Under the pieces are notes generated by a model. The model searched no databases and was not told where the DNA came from. It was given only the letters and a program-made list of their open reading frames with translations. The translations under genes and the position numbers were made by a program. Positions 63,947 to 64,000 of a stretch of 64,000 nucleotides of DNA are shown piece by piece (the stretch's first letter is position 1; each line of letters opens with the position of its first letter). Location: the NCBI RefSeq assembly GCF_018350175.1, contig NC_058368.1:224008001-224072000 (forward strand). Reading direction: 5' to 3'. The stretch is from Felis catus (Eukaryota).

Positions 63947-64000
63947 TGGATATGTTCTGAATTTTTGTGTGCCTCAAAAATTCATATGTTTAAATCCTTT
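63947..64000 (+). mobile_element. Start of a MaLR LTR (MLT1A/MST-like), running off the window
   Basis: tatgttctgaatttttgtgtgcctcaaaaattcatatgtttaaatcc. Confidence 0.65.

Overview
AT-rich, repeat-dense mammalian genomic DNA from a carnivore, almost certainly a felid: about 27 tRNA-derived Can-SINEs (SINEC_Fc-type heads and tails) plus carnivore-type L1 3' ends. I find no recognisable host protein-coding gene, tRNA/rRNA gene or CRISPR array, so this looks like intergenic or deep-intronic sequence; the listed ORFs are chance frames or transposon remnants. The most structured part is ~4.1-16.6 kb. It holds an 844-bp solo LTR with a perfect 6-bp target-site duplication inserted inside a SINE (class II/betaretrovirus-like), followed by a nested stack of ancient class III (ERV-L-type) proviral remnants from three distinguishable pol lineages, all on the + strand. 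Further on are a near-complete MaLR (MLT1D-like) provirus, a triple-nested MLT1>MLT2>L1 insertion, several solo LTRs, MER20/MER94-like DNA transposons, old L1/L2/MIR fragments and microsatellites. Repeat family names come from my recollection of consensus sequences, not from a database search, and boundaries of old repeats are approximate. I did not find convincing evidence of a new biological system; the best leads are retroviral.
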